A DNA stretch of 64,000 nt, taken from positions 5,835 through 69,834 of the forward strand of contig CAIZWI010000183.1 of assembly GCA_903936645.1 (NCBI GenBank), read 5' to 3'. The notes under the pieces were generated by a model. That model worked only from the letters and a program-made list of their open reading frames with translations, searched no databases and was not told the origin of the DNA. Source of the stretch: an uncultured Verrucomicrobia subdivision 3 bacterium (GTDB taxonomy: Bacteria; Verrucomicrobiota; Verrucomicrobiia; Limisphaerales; UBA11358). Of the stretch, positions 52,813-62,669 are shown piece after piece; position 1 is the stretch's first letter, and every line of letters begins with the position of its first letter. The translations under genes were made by a program, and so were the position numbers.

Positions 52813-55314
52813 ATGTTTTTGCCCAAACAAAGCAGTGCTTGCCGCCTGGGGTTGAGCCGAATTCAGCTCAACCTCGCCCCGGATTGCGCCCGGTTGAGTC
52901 GAGTGAAACAGTCGGCTGCCGGCGGATTTCAAGCGAGTCCCCTGGACTCATCCCTCGCCCAGATTTTGCCTCAGCCAGAGCTGGCGCACCGGGCTGGGCG
53001 AACCGGTTTAATTTCCACCCCTGCACCGGCTTCGGGGTTGAAGGGGCTGGCCTTGCTGGTGCTGTGCTGGTTGCTGCTCGCCCGCTCTCAAGTGATGGCA
53101 GGTGAGCCAGCCACCCAAGGGATCGGCTTGGCTGGTCAGGCCAACTCCAATCTGGCCGTGGCTTATAATGTTCAGTCCTATGTGATTGAAGGCAAAAAGC
53201 TGCTCGATACCAACCAGGTTGCCACCCTCCTCGCCAAATACACCGGCACCAATGTGACGCTGCGGCAAATCATCCAGGCGGCCAGGGAAGTGGAAGCGGC
53301 GTACCACCAGCAAGGCCTGTCCGCGATGAACATCGTGATCGCGCCTCACCGGATTGCCGGGGGCGTTGTGCCGCTGAATATTTTTCAGGGGGCGCTCGCG
53401 CAGATTATCGTGGCGGGAAACCGTTATGCGATTGCCAGCAATCTGCTGGAGGTGGCCACCGCACCGCTGGCGGACGCCACCGCCAACACGCCGGCTACGA
53501 CCACCAACGCACCGGTCAAAAAGGTGGGGCCGCATTTCCGGGTGGATAATTATCAAGTGCTCGGCAACACCGTGCTGACCCCCGCCGCCATTGCCAAAAC
53601 CCTGTCCCATGTGGAAGGGGCTTACGGCACGAATGTGACGCTCGACGGCATCCGGGCGGCGGCCACGGCCTTGCAAACCGCTTATCGGGAGCGAGGTTTT
53701 GTGACGGTGGCGGTCTCCCTGCCGCAGCAAAAATTGACAAACGCGCTGGTGAAAATCCAAGTCACCGAAGGCCGGTTGGCGGATATCCGGGTGAAGGATA
53801 ACCAGTATTTCAGCTCCAACAACGTCATGCGGGCTTTGCCCAGCCTGCATACCAACCTGATTTTGAATCGCTTGGTCTTTGAGGCGGAACTCAACCGGGC
53901 CAACGCCAGTCAGGACCGGCAGATTTATCCCGTGATCGATCCGGGTCCGGATCCCGGCACCAGTGACCTCACGCTCAAGGTGAAAGACCGGTTTCCCCTC
54001 CATGGAAAAGTGGATTTCAACAACCAGAGTTCGCCGGGCACGCCGGACCTGCGGGTAAACACTTCAGCGGTGTATGACAACCTCTGGCAGCGCGAGCACT
54101 CACTGGGCCTTCAGTACAGCTTTTCACCGGAGCTTTACAAGTCGGTGACCCCGAATTTTAGACATCTAAATGATTCGCAGTGGAATTTTTACGACCAGCC
54201 GCTGGTGGCCAATTACAGTGGATTTTACCGCCTGCCGATTGGCAACCCCCAGGCTATTGATGAGGTCATCGCCAGCCATCCGGGGACTTTCGGGTACGAT
54301 GAGGCCACGCATAAATTTAATTTGCCGCCGCCCTCGGGCCAGCCGGAAATCAATTTTTACGCCAGCCGTTCCACGATTGACACCGGAGTGTCCACCCTGT
54401 CCTCCACTCCTCTATATGTTACGAATGGCAACGCGCTCGTGGAAAACATTGTGCAGCAGGATCTCACCGAAAATGATGATCTGGGCTTTCGCCTGAGCCT
54501 GCCCATCCGCAGTACCTCGGACTGGCATTCCGGATTTTCCGCCGGGCTGGACTACAAGTCTTATCAATTGACCAGTTACAAAACCAATATCTTTCTCTTT
54601 GCCGGCCAGGAAATTGATTATGTGGCCAACGCCACGAATCCCGTAAATTCCGCCGATTATTCGCCGGTGCCGGTAACCTTCAAAAGCCTGCAATATTTGC
54701 CATTGTCCGTCCGTTACGATGGCAGTCTGCGCGACGCCCTGGGCTTGAACGCCGTCGGGTTGGGCATCAGTGCCAACCTCTGGCACTCGGGTTCGCTGAC
54801 CAACTTGCAAAACATCACGGGATCCAAGCAATCCGGGGGGAACTGGGTGGTGTTGACCCCCAGCTATATGCGCACGTTTGAATTCTTCACCAACTGGATC
54901 ACCGCCCTGCGGGTGGACGGGCAGTGGTCGAGCGAACCGTTGATCAGCAACGAGCAGTTTGGGGCCGGCGGCGTAAGCAGCGTGCGCGGCTACCAGGAAG
55001 GCCAGGTATTCGGCGACACGGGCTGGCACATTACCGCCGAACAGCAGACCCCGAGCCATTTAGTTGGCTATTTGCCGGGTAATACTCCGTTGAGCCTGCG
55101 GGGATCCGTGTTTACTGATTTTGCCGACACCTATTTGATCGATCCGCTGGGCCGACCCGCCAGCACCTCGCTGTGGGGGGCGGGTATTGGCGGCGTGGCC
55201 TCGATCGGCACTCACTGGGAAGCCCGGTTTTTGTTTTCCGTGCCGTTGCTGAACACCGTCTCCACGTCGGCTTACCAGCCATTTTTTAATTTCGGTTTGA
55301 CTGCACAATTTTAA
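52813..55314 (+). CDS. Two-partner-secretion outer-membrane transporter (TpsB; ShlB/FhaC/HecB family)
   Basis: Two POTRA-like units (YNVQSYVIEGKKLL...IVAGNRY; FRVDNYQVLGNTVL...VTEGRLADIRVKDNQYF). The barrel ends FNFGLTAQF. The first ~75 codons look non-native. An in-frame TTG at 53038 would give a clean signal peptide MKGLALLVLCWLLLARSQVMA and is the more likely start. Confidence 0.85.
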   Translation: MFLPKQSSACRLGLSRIQLNLAPDCARLSRVKQSAAGGFQASPLDSSLAQILPQPELAHRAGRTGLISTPAPASGLKGLALLVLCWLLLARSQVMAGEPATQGIGLAGQANSNLAVAYNVQSYVIEGKKLLDTNQVATLLAKYTGTNVTLRQIIQAAREVEAAYHQQGLSAMNIVIAPHRIAGGVVPLNIFQGALAQIIVAGNRYAIASNLLEVATAPLADATANTPATTTNAPVKKVGPHFRVDNYQVLGNTVLTPAAIAKTLSHVEGAYGTNVTLDGIRAAATALQTAYRERGFVTVAVSLPQQKLTNALVKIQVTEGRLADIRVKDNQYFSSNNVMRALPSLHTNLILNRLVFEAELNRANASQDRQIYPVIDPGPDPGTSDLTLKVKDRFPLHGKVDFNNQSSPGTPDLRVNTSAVYDNLWQREHSLGLQYSFSPELYKSVTPNFRHLNDSQWNFYDQPLVANYSGFYRLPIGNPQAIDEVIASHPGTFGYDEATHKFNLPPPSGQPEINFYASRSTIDTGVSTLSSTPLYVTNGNALVENIVQQDLTENDDLGFRLSLPIRSTSDWHSGFSAGLDYKSYQLTSYKTNIFLFAGQEIDYVANATNPVNSADYSPVPVTFKSLQYLPLSVRYDGSLRDALGLNAVGLGISANLWHSGSLTNLQNITGSKQSGGNWVVLTPSYMRTFEFFTNWITALRVDGQWSSEPLISNEQFGAGGVSSVRGYQEGQVFGDTGWHITAEQQTPSHLVGYLPGNTPLSLRGSVFTDFADTYLIDPLGRPASTSLWGAGIGGVASIGTHWEARFLFSVPLLNTVSTSAYQPFFNFGLTAQF

Positions 55315-55320
55315 CCATTT

Positions 55321-58300
55321 ATGAAAACCCACCTCGGCTTTTCCTGGTGCCATCCGGCATGGATGACCGTTTCCATGCTGGCCTGGCAGCAATGTCAGTC
55401 GCCGGTGGCGGCCAATCCCACGGGCGGTACAGTTGCTTCCGGGACGGCCACCTTTAACACGGCCGGCGGACAGCTCACCATCAAGACTTCCGATCACGCC
55501 TACATTAACTGGCAGAGTTTTAACATTGGCGTGGGCGAAAATACCACCTTTGTGCAACCGGCCGCGACTTCCGTGGTGTGGAATCAAATCAATAGCGGCA
55601 GCCCCTCGCAAATTCTGGGCACCCTGAATGCCAACGGGTTTGTGGTGCTGCAAAATCAGTCGGGAATATACATTGGCGGGCAGGGCAGCATCAACACCCA
55701 TGGTTTGCTGCTCACCACGGCGCCCCCCTCCGGGGCCATGCCGGCCCTCTTCAGCAGCGACAACTGGACTTTTAACGCCCTCCCACCCACTGCCAAGATT
55801 ATTAATTATGGCCAGATCAATCTGACCGGCGGGGGATCGGCTTTTCTCATCGCCAACGATATTGAGAACCATGGCACGATCACTGCACCGGGTGGCAAGA
55901 TTGGGCTGTATGCGGGGGAACAGGTGTTGGTTTCCACCCGGCCGGATGGCCGCGGTTTGAGTGCTAAAGTGACGCTCCCGCAAGGCTCGGTGGATAATCA
56001 GGGCCGGCTCATTGCGGATGCCGGCAGCATTGCCGCCCAGGCCAAAATGGTCAACCAGAATGGGCTGGTTGAGGCGGACTCAGTGCGGGAGGTGAATGGC
56101 ACCATTGAATTGCTCGCGAGTGACAGTCTGACCCTGGGTTCCAGTTCTGTGCTGGCCGCCCATGGCGATGTCTCCGGCCTCAGTGCGGGCGGATCGGTCA
56201 AGGTAAAATCCAATAACGTATTTTCCGACCAGTCGGGTTCTACCATTGATATTTCGGGGGGTGCCCAGGGGGGCAATGCCGGCCAGTTGGAGATTTCCGC
56301 CGGGCAGCTCGGCCCCATAAAGTCCCATGTCAGCTCCCGGGCTTCCGTCGGTTATGCCGGCGGCAGTGTGCTCCTTGACCCTGCGGATATTACCCTGGAT
56401 GGCGCCTATGCATCCTCCATCAATGACCTGATCAGTGGCGGGGCCGCCACGATTGACATTGCCGCTGACAACAACATCGAAGTAACCACCGCCTGGAGCC
56501 TCGGCCAGCCCCCCGGACCCGGGGTCCTGAATCTTAAGGCTGGCAACAATATCACGTTGGATGACGGCAGTGGCATTTATATTGATGACCCCACCTATAA
56601 ATGGACGATTAACCTGACGGCGGGACTGGCCCTGCCGGCCGGGTCCCTTCCAACGGCGGGCCTGCGCAACAACGGTATTTATCTGGACGGGGAGGCCTTC
56701 CTTTATACCCAGTCTGGCGACATCAATTTAACTGCCGCGAATGAAATCCTGATTAATGGTGGTAACGGCGGACAGGTGGCCACTTTTGGGGGCGGTAATA
56801 TTACCGCCAGCGCGCTGTATGGCAATGTGAACACGGGTAACAACCCGCACGGTTATCTCTTTGGGCAGGCTAACAACAGCGCGCCAAACTATTATTCCGT
56901 GGACTACTTTTTAGGCGGCATCAGCACGGCTGCCGGGGGCAATGTCACCATTTCCGCCGGGGGCGACGTCACCAGTTTTCTGCCGGTGCAAACGGGTAAC
57001 TCCCAGGATAATCTCAATGCCATATACGACGGAGGCGCCGGCGCCTTTGGCCCGGCCCGCGGGGATGTGACCATCACAGCCGGAGGCAATGTTTATGGTC
57101 ATTATGTGGTGGCCAATGGCACCGGACGCATCACTGCGGGCGGGAATGCGGGTGCGCCCCTGTCCGTGGTGACCGGTGACCAAACCAAGGGTTTCGCCCT
57201 CAGCCTGATCAAGGGCAGCTGGAGCGTCGCCACGCCCCACGGGAATATCTATCTGCAGGACGTGCGCAATCCCAATGGCATCTTTGGCGAGACCCCCCAA
57301 CTGGTGGCCGCGAATTACGCCGGCTATCACGCATTCGATTACGACCCGCAGGCAGCCCTGTCCCTGGATGCAGCGGGCTCCGTGGAATTTACCGGTTATG
57401 AGGCCCCGCACACTGCCCCCAATTCCGGCTTGTTTATCCCGTTCATCCTGCCGCCGATTTTGGAGGTCAGCGCCGGGGCGGGTGGCTTTATTTTGGACAC
57501 CTCCCTGGTGGATAATTTCCCGGTGCCCGAACCGGTCATTCTCTTTCCCTCCCTTTATCAAAAGTTGACGATTGCCACGCATAACGGCGGAAATTTTGGC
57601 ATCCCGGATGCGCAAAATGCCTACACTTCGCCCGCTGTCACCCTGGAAATGTCGCGCAGCGCCAGCACCCGCTGGGTGGACAACAACTCTTTTGTATCCG
57701 GGGATCAAGCCGCCACCCTGGTCCCCCCACTGGACACCAGTTTGGTCAATATTAACATTGATGGCAGCATGAATGCCGTCAACCTCTATCTGGACAAAGC
57801 GGCCAGTCTCAAGGTGGGCGGAAACATGGTCAATTGCGGCTTTGTGGGGGTTAACCTCGCGGCCAGCGATACCACCTCCATTAATGTCAGCGGGAACATT
57901 TACGAAAGCCCCCTTTATTCCTTTGTGCCGCTGACCACCACGATTGCCAGCGCGAATCCACTCCAGCCGGATGCCTGGGACTCCGTGTTTACCCTGGCGT
58001 TGGATCCCAGCATGGTGGCCCGCATCAATAGTTTCAACGTTTACAAAGAAGCCGGTGGTCTCGCTGGTCTGGCCAATTATTTGAAGTTAAATAATTATTT
58101 GCTCTTTCCCAACGTCGGGAGCACCACGACCTATGGCTACAATCCCGGGTTTGTGTATGACGCTGCCACCAAACAATTAGGCTTCAATGGCCCGATGGCC
58201 TCGCGGTTCAGCACGTTTTTCCCCAAGGCGAATCCGGACACCCTGATCTCCGACCTGGCCAACGGCCAGTTCACTGTTTTGAAGGCTGACAGTCTGGGGA

Positions 58301-59730
58301 ATCCGCTCATTGATGCCAATGGGCACTTGGAGACCACCACCTACACTTTTAGCGCGGCCCCTCAAATCAACCGGTTATATTTGGACAGTCTGAATTCCGC
58401 TGATACTTCGGGGCTGGGTCTTCAAATTGGTGGGCCGGGGCATTTTACCGTGCATGCTTCCAGCATTGATTTGGGCGGCACTGCGGGTATTGGCTCCGCT
58501 GGTTTTGGTCGCTCCGGCTTGACGGCCGGTGCGTCCGGGTTCAATTACTCATTCCTCAGTTCATTGTTGCCGAATGCAGCCGAAGGCGGAGCCGATGTCA
58601 CCGTGCGCGCGGACAACAAGCTAACCATGGCCACTTCCGGTATTTATTCCCGGGATGGCGGCGATGTGACCGTGAGTGCCGGTTTGATTTATCAGCCCGA
58701 CGGCACCTACACCGTGAATTCCGGCGGGGAAATCGACCTCAGCCAGGGAAGCTTCATTTTTCCCACCGACGATTGCTATGGGATTTACACTTCCGGCCAC
58801 AGTGCGGTGAACGTCACCGCCAGTGGGAATATCAATGTGGGCAGCGCGCGCATCGCCACCTTCAATGGGGGCGATGTAACGGTTGAGTCCTTGAATGGCA
58901 CGGTGAGCGCCGGCTCCGGCGCCAATATTGCCCTCTCGGTCTACGGCTTTAATTTGGACGCCAGCGGCAAACCCAGGTTTATTGAATTTGGGAACTTGAA
59001 TGATGTGCCGTCCTTGCGCACGGATCCGGCACCTTATGGCAGCGGCATTCTGGCGGAATACCCCATTGCGAAATACCAGACCCCCGGTGGGCGCGGCCAG
59101 CCGGGTGATATTTACGTGACTGCCCACAATGGGAATATATCGGCGAGTGTCGGCGGCATTTCCCAATTTGCCCTGGATCAATCCATTGGCGGTGGCTCAT
59201 CGGCCAGCCCCTCGATCAATTTGGTCGCCGGCCAGCACGGCGTGAAAGCCACCGACGATCAAGGCAACATCAATCTTGGCTCAGGCGGTGCCGTGGGGGT
59301 CAACATCAATATTGACGCCCCGGTCGTCACCGGCTTGGTGGTTTCCCGCGAAAGCGCCAACATCACCGCCGCGCAAAGCTTCGTGGGCACTGTCCTGGCC
59401 GGTGGTTCGGCGAATTTTGCCGGCGGCGGCAGCGTGGCGGGTACCGTGGTCGGCATTGGTGGCATCAGTGTGGCCGGCGGAGCCGCCGTAACCGCCACCC
59501 TGCTTTCCCAGAACGTTTCCGTGGGGGCCGGCGGGGTGGAGTCCACCCTGGGCACCTCCGCCAGCGCCACGAGCGCGAGTCAAAGCGCCGCCGGTGCCGC
59601 CAGTAGTGACACGCGCCAGGCGGTCGCCAGCACGGATAACAGCGCGGACGACGATAAAAAGAAGAAGAAAAAAAATCAGCCGCTGATGCAGCATACCAAA
59701 CGCGTCACGGTGCTTTTATCGAAAAACTGA
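55321..59730 (+). CDS. TpsA exoprotein with N-terminal TPS (haemagglutination-activity) domain and beta-helical repeats
   Basis: TPS domain: ANPTGGTVASGTATFNTAGGQLTIKTSDHAYINWQSFNIGVGENTTFVQP...ILGTLNANGFVVLQNQSGIYIGG. Gly/Asn/Ala-rich beta-helix-like repeats follow. The tail reads SADDDKKKKKKNQPLMQ. It starts 6 nt after tpsB. Confidence 0.88.
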   Translation: MKTHLGFSWCHPAWMTVSMLAWQQCQSPVAANPTGGTVASGTATFNTAGGQLTIKTSDHAYINWQSFNIGVGENTTFVQPAATSVVWNQINSGSPSQILGTLNANGFVVLQNQSGIYIGGQGSINTHGLLLTTAPPSGAMPALFSSDNWTFNALPPTAKIINYGQINLTGGGSAFLIANDIENHGTITAPGGKIGLYAGEQVLVSTRPDGRGLSAKVTLPQGSVDNQGRLIADAGSIAAQAKMVNQNGLVEADSVREVNGTIELLASDSLTLGSSSVLAAHGDVSGLSAGGSVKVKSNNVFSDQSGSTIDISGGAQGGNAGQLEISAGQLGPIKSHVSSRASVGYAGGSVLLDPADITLDGAYASSINDLISGGAATIDIAADNNIEVTTAWSLGQPPGPGVLNLKAGNNITLDDGSGIYIDDPTYKWTINLTAGLALPAGSLPTAGLRNNGIYLDGEAFLYTQSGDINLTAANEILINGGNGGQVATFGGGNITASALYGNVNTGNNPHGYLFGQANNSAPNYYSVDYFLGGISTAAGGNVTISAGGDVTSFLPVQTGNSQDNLNAIYDGGAGAFGPARGDVTITAGGNVYGHYVVANGTGRITAGGNAGAPLSVVTGDQTKGFALSLIKGSWSVATPHGNIYLQDVRNPNGIFGETPQLVAANYAGYHAFDYDPQAALSLDAAGSVEFTGYEAPHTAPNSGLFIPFILPPILEVSAGAGGFILDTSLVDNFPVPEPVILFPSLYQKLTIATHNGGNFGIPDAQNAYTSPAVTLEMSRSASTRWVDNNSFVSGDQAATLVPPLDTSLVNINIDGSMNAVNLYLDKAASLKVGGNMVNCGFVGVNLAASDTTSINVSGNIYESPLYSFVPLTTTIASANPLQPDAWDSVFTLALDPSMVARINSFNVYKEAGGLAGLANYLKLNNYLLFPNVGSTTTYGYNPGFVYDAATKQLGFNGPMASRFSTFFPKANPDTLISDLANGQFTVLKADSLGNPLIDANGHLETTTYTFSAAPQINRLYLDSLNSADTSGLGLQIGGPGHFTVHASSIDLGGTAGIGSAGFGRSGLTAGASGFNYSFLSSLLPNAAEGGADVTVRADNKLTMATSGIYSRDGGDVTVSAGLIYQPDGTYTVNSGGEIDLSQGSFIFPTDDCYGIYTSGHSAVNVTASGNINVGSARIATFNGGDVTVESLNGTVSAGSGANIALSVYGFNLDASGKPRFIEFGNLNDVPSLRTDPAPYGSGILAEYPIAKYQTPGGRGQPGDIYVTAHNGNISASVGGISQFALDQSIGGGSSASPSINLVAGQHGVKATDDQGNINLGSGGAVGVNINIDAPVVTGLVVSRESANITAAQSFVGTVLAGGSANFAGGGSVAGTVVGIGGISVAGGAAVTATLLSQNVSVGAGGVESTLGTSASATSASQSAAGAASSDTRQAVASTDNSADDDKKKKKKNQPLMQHTKRVTVLLSKN

Positions 59731-59741
59731 GCGGCCCGGGG

Positions 59742-60371
59742 TTGCTTGGCCGTCTTCAGCTAACACCTTTTTGTTTCGGCACGCGTTCCCATGCCATATC
59801 TTTTCGGCCTGTGAACGCCGACTCAACCAGCTTGAACCGGGCCGTTTTTCTCGACCGTGACGGGGTGATCAACCGCTCCGTGGTGCGAAACGGCCTGCCC
59901 TACCCACCAGCCAGTCTGGCGGAACTTGAATTGCTGCCCGGGGTGCCTGAGGCCTGCCGCCAACTCAAGGCGGCCGGCTTTTTGCTGCTCATCGCCACCA
60001 ATCAGCCGGATGTGGGCCGTGGCACCACCCCCCAGGCGGCCGTGGACGAAATTCACGCCTATTTGCTTCAGCACCTGCCCATCTACCGCGTGGAAGTGTG
60101 TTTTCATCCGGGCCAGGGCCTTTCCGACTGCGCTTGCCGCAAACCCAAGCCCGGCATGCTGCTGCGTGCGGCCGCCGACCTGGGCATCAACCTGGCGCAG
60201 AGCTGGATGGTGGGAGATCGTTGGCGGGATATTGATTGCGGGCACGCCGCCGGTTGCCGGACGGTGTTCATTGATTATGGCTACGCCGAGGCCCTGCGCC
60301 AAAAACCGGATTTTTCGGCTGGCCATCTGGCCGCCGCCGCAGACATCATCTGCTCACACATCGAACTTTAG
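59742..60371 (+). CDS. gmhB: D-glycero-D-manno-heptose 1,7-bisphosphate phosphatase (HAD family)
   Basis: Motifs FLDRDGVIN, IATNQPDVGRG, Zn-site CFHPGQGLSDCACRKPKPGML, and MVGDRWRDIDCGHAAG. The start is uncertain (TTG 59742, or later). Confidence 0.8.
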   Translation: MLGRLQLTPFCFGTRSHAISFRPVNADSTSLNRAVFLDRDGVINRSVVRNGLPYPPASLAELELLPGVPEACRQLKAAGFLLLIATNQPDVGRGTTPQAAVDEIHAYLLQHLPIYRVEVCFHPGQGLSDCACRKPKPGMLLRAAADLGINLAQSWMVGDRWRDIDCGHAAGCRTVFIDYGYAEALRQKPDFSAGHLAAAADIICSHIEL

Positions 60372-60374
60372 ACC

Positions 60375-61094
60375 ATGCGAACACTGAACGACTTAAAGGT
60401 AAAAATTTTTGCGGATGGCGCCGACAAGGCCGGCATGCTGCAACTCAATGCCAACCCGCTCATCCAGGGCCTGACCACCAACCCCACGCTCATGCGCAAG
60501 GCCGGGCTTACGGATTTTGAGGCCTTTGCCCGTGATGTATTGCAGACCATTACCGTTAAGCCACTGTCGCTCGAAGTGTTTTCGGACGAATTTCCCGAGA
60601 TGAAGCGGCAGGCGCTCAAGATCAATTCTTGGGGCAATAACGTTTACGTGAAAATCCCCATCACCAACACCCGGGGCGAATCCGCCCTGCCGTTGGTGCG
60701 CGAATTGGCGGCGGACGGCGTGAAACTCAATGTCACCGCCATCCTCACCCTGGCCCAGGTGGAAGGCGTGGCCGCAGCCTTGCAGGCGCAGGTGCCCGCG
60801 GTCGTCTCCGTCTTTGCCGGGCGCATTGCCGATACCGGCGTCGACCCCGTTCCGGTCATGCAAACCAGCCAGACCATTCTGGCTGGCCTCCCCCAAGCCG
60901 AGTTGCTCTGGGCCAGTGTCCGCGAAATTCTGAATATCTTCCAGGCCGATGCCAGTGGCTGTGACATTGTCACCGTGCAGCACGACATCCTGGCCAAGGC
61001 CATCAAAATGGCCGGCATGGACCTCGCCGCCCTGTCCCTCGACACCGTCAAAATGTTTGCGCATGACGCGCAGGCGGCGGGTTTTACGCTTTAA
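60375..61094 (+). CDS. Transaldolase / fructose-6-phosphate-aldolase family protein (short type)
   Basis: Motifs KIFADGAD, GLTTNPTLM, VYVKIPITN, NVTAILT and VSVFAGRIADTGVDP. Confidence 0.75.
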   Translation: MRTLNDLKVKIFADGADKAGMLQLNANPLIQGLTTNPTLMRKAGLTDFEAFARDVLQTITVKPLSLEVFSDEFPEMKRQALKINSWGNNVYVKIPITNTRGESALPLVRELAADGVKLNVTAILTLAQVEGVAAALQAQVPAVVSVFAGRIADTGVDPVPVMQTSQTILAGLPQAELLWASVREILNIFQADASGCDIVTVQHDILAKAIKMAGMDLAALSLDTVKMFAHDAQAAGFTL

Positions 61095-61113
61095 CCGGCG
61101 TAGTGCCCTCCCC

Positions 61114-61152
61114 GGAAAAGTAAAATGGATGCGGAACCGTCTCCGCATCCAT
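61114..61152 (-). terminator. Hairpin terminator between convergent units
   Basis: 11-bp perfect stem ATGGATGCGGA-accgtc-TCCGCATCCAT (61125-61152). On the minus strand it is followed by TTTACTTTTCC. It may also stop the + strand transaldolase transcript. Confidence 0.55.
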
Positions 61153-61178
61153 CCTCTACCACTATTGTTGCGTCGGCC

Positions 61179-61499
61179 TTAATTCCGGCGGCGGAGCACC
61201 AGGAGACACCCCCCTCCCAAACCTGCCAGGGCCATCAGGGACGGCTCCGGGGTGGACCCCACGGCCAGACTGGTCAAACCGTAGGCAGTACTAATATCAG
61301 CCACCTTCGTCCCTTCACTGGTCTGGCCAAAAACCTGCCCGGCATAAAGGCCGGCAGACACGTTTCCCCCGGCCACTGCCAGGCTTGGAATGCCATTAAA
61401 ACCTGAGACCAGCGTGGCGATGCCCCTGCTTGCGCCGGGTATTCTGCACGAATCTGGCGGCGCCTCACCAGGCGGTGCTTCTGCAAAAACACCCGGCAA
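61179..61499 (-). CDS. Small ORF ending in a PEP-CTERM-like anchor; possibly a gene remnant
   Basis: The C-terminus reads GSTPEPSLMALAGLGGGCLLVLRRRN. There is no convincing signal peptide or ATG start (TTG). A signal-like stretch (RLFIAGLAAS) lies upstream in another frame. Confidence 0.3.
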   Translation of the reverse strand: MPGVFAEAPPGEAPPDSCRIPGASRGIATLVSGFNGIPSLAVAGGNVSAGLYAGQVFGQTSEGTKVADISTAYGLTSLAVGSTPEPSLMALAGLGGGCLLVLRRRN

Positions 61500-61610
61500 A
61501 CGCAGCCTTGCTTTGGCATGCTGGCGGCTAAGCCAGCAATGAAAAGCCTTTCCGCACGCTTCGCTCCCGGGGGGGCAAACAACCGGTTAAAATGCTGGGC
61601 CCATCGATCC

Positions 61611-62669
61611 TCACGCCAGCACCGCCGCCAGCACGCTCTCCACCGTGACGGAGGCCATGCAGGCCACCAGTTCCGCGCGCGTGCCCTTGATGTTGCCCCC
61701 GTCGTAACGGTAGTAATCAAGGCCACGACCGTCCACCACCGGATTTTTCACCAGCGTGAAGGGGTTGGCATAGGGCTGGATGGGCGGGTTCCACGTGGGG
61801 GTTTCGATCACGATTTGCCGCCGCACTTTCACTGCCGCCGCCAGGTGCATCATCACCGTGTCCACACTCAGAAACGCCGCGCATTGCTTGATCAGGTGCG
61901 CCGCCTGGGGCAGACCCGGAGTGGCCGGGAAAAACAACCCCGTCTCCCCCAGCGTGGCCCGGATCTGTTCGTGATCGGCCTGTTCATCCGGCCCGCCAAA
62001 GAATAACACCCGGGTGTCCGGCAACGCCACCCGCAGACGGCGGACCAGTTCCATGTAATGTTCCAGTGGCCAGCGTCGCAGCGCGAGGTTCTTCGTGCCG
62101 CCCGAACCCACATGAATCCCTAGCAGTGGTCGTCCGATGAGCCCGTGCCGGGTGAGATAATCTTGTGTCCAGGCCGCGGCGGCATCCGTCAGGAAAATTT
62201 CCGTCTCATGGTGGGGCAGCAAGGTTTTCGCCCCCATCAAAGGCAGCAGGGCGAGATTGTTCTCCACCGCGTGCCGCGTGTAATCCTGGGGCAGGGTCCG
62301 GTTGACCAGCCAGCGATCCAGTGGCCCCGAACATTCATACTCATGGCTCAGCCGCGTCTGCGCCCCAATGATGCGGGCCACCACGCGGTAATGAATCCGG
62401 CTCTGCGGATGCGTGTTGAGGGAGAAATCATAACTCTCCCGCCGGAGGGTGCCCAGGTAACGGAGCATTTCGACCGGGCCGCACTTCATCAAATCCTTCT
62501 GATGCACCCGGTTCAAATGCGGATTGCCCGCCAGCAGGTCGCGCGCAGCGGACCAGCGGACCAGTGCTTCAATGGTTGCCTTGGGAAAATTCGCCCGCAA
62601 CTCATGGATCAGCGGCGTGGCAAACAGCGTGTCGCCGTTGCCGGCCAGGGAAATGACCAAAATTTTCAC
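61611..62669 (-). CDS. Glycosyltransferase family 9 (LPS heptosyltransferase-type)
   Basis: N-terminus MKILVISLAGNGDTLFATPLIHELR. Motifs GIHVGSGG and FLSVDTVMMHLAAAV are typical of GT9. Confidence 0.82.
   Translation of the reverse strand: MKILVISLAGNGDTLFATPLIHELRANFPKATIEALVRWSAARDLLAGNPHLNRVHQKDLMKCGPVEMLRYLGTLRRESYDFSLNTHPQSRIHYRVVARIIGAQTRLSHEYECSGPLDRWLVNRTLPQDYTRHAVENNLALLPLMGAKTLLPHHETEIFLTDAAAAWTQDYLTRHGLIGRPLLGIHVGSGGTKNLALRRWPLEHYMELVRRLRVALPDTRVLFFGGPDEQADHEQIRATLGETGLFFPATPGLPQAAHLIKQCAAFLSVDTVMMHLAAAVKVRRQIVIETPTWNPPIQPYANPFTLVKNPVVDGRGLDYYRYDGGNIKGTRAELVACMASVTVESVLAAVLA

Noticed and set aside
55321-59742. Contact-dependent inhibition (CdiA-like) toxin interpretation of the TpsA.
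   Set aside because: I could not see a VENN or other pre-toxin motif or a distinct C-terminal toxin domain. No small immunity ORF follows; gmhB starts 12 nt after the stop.
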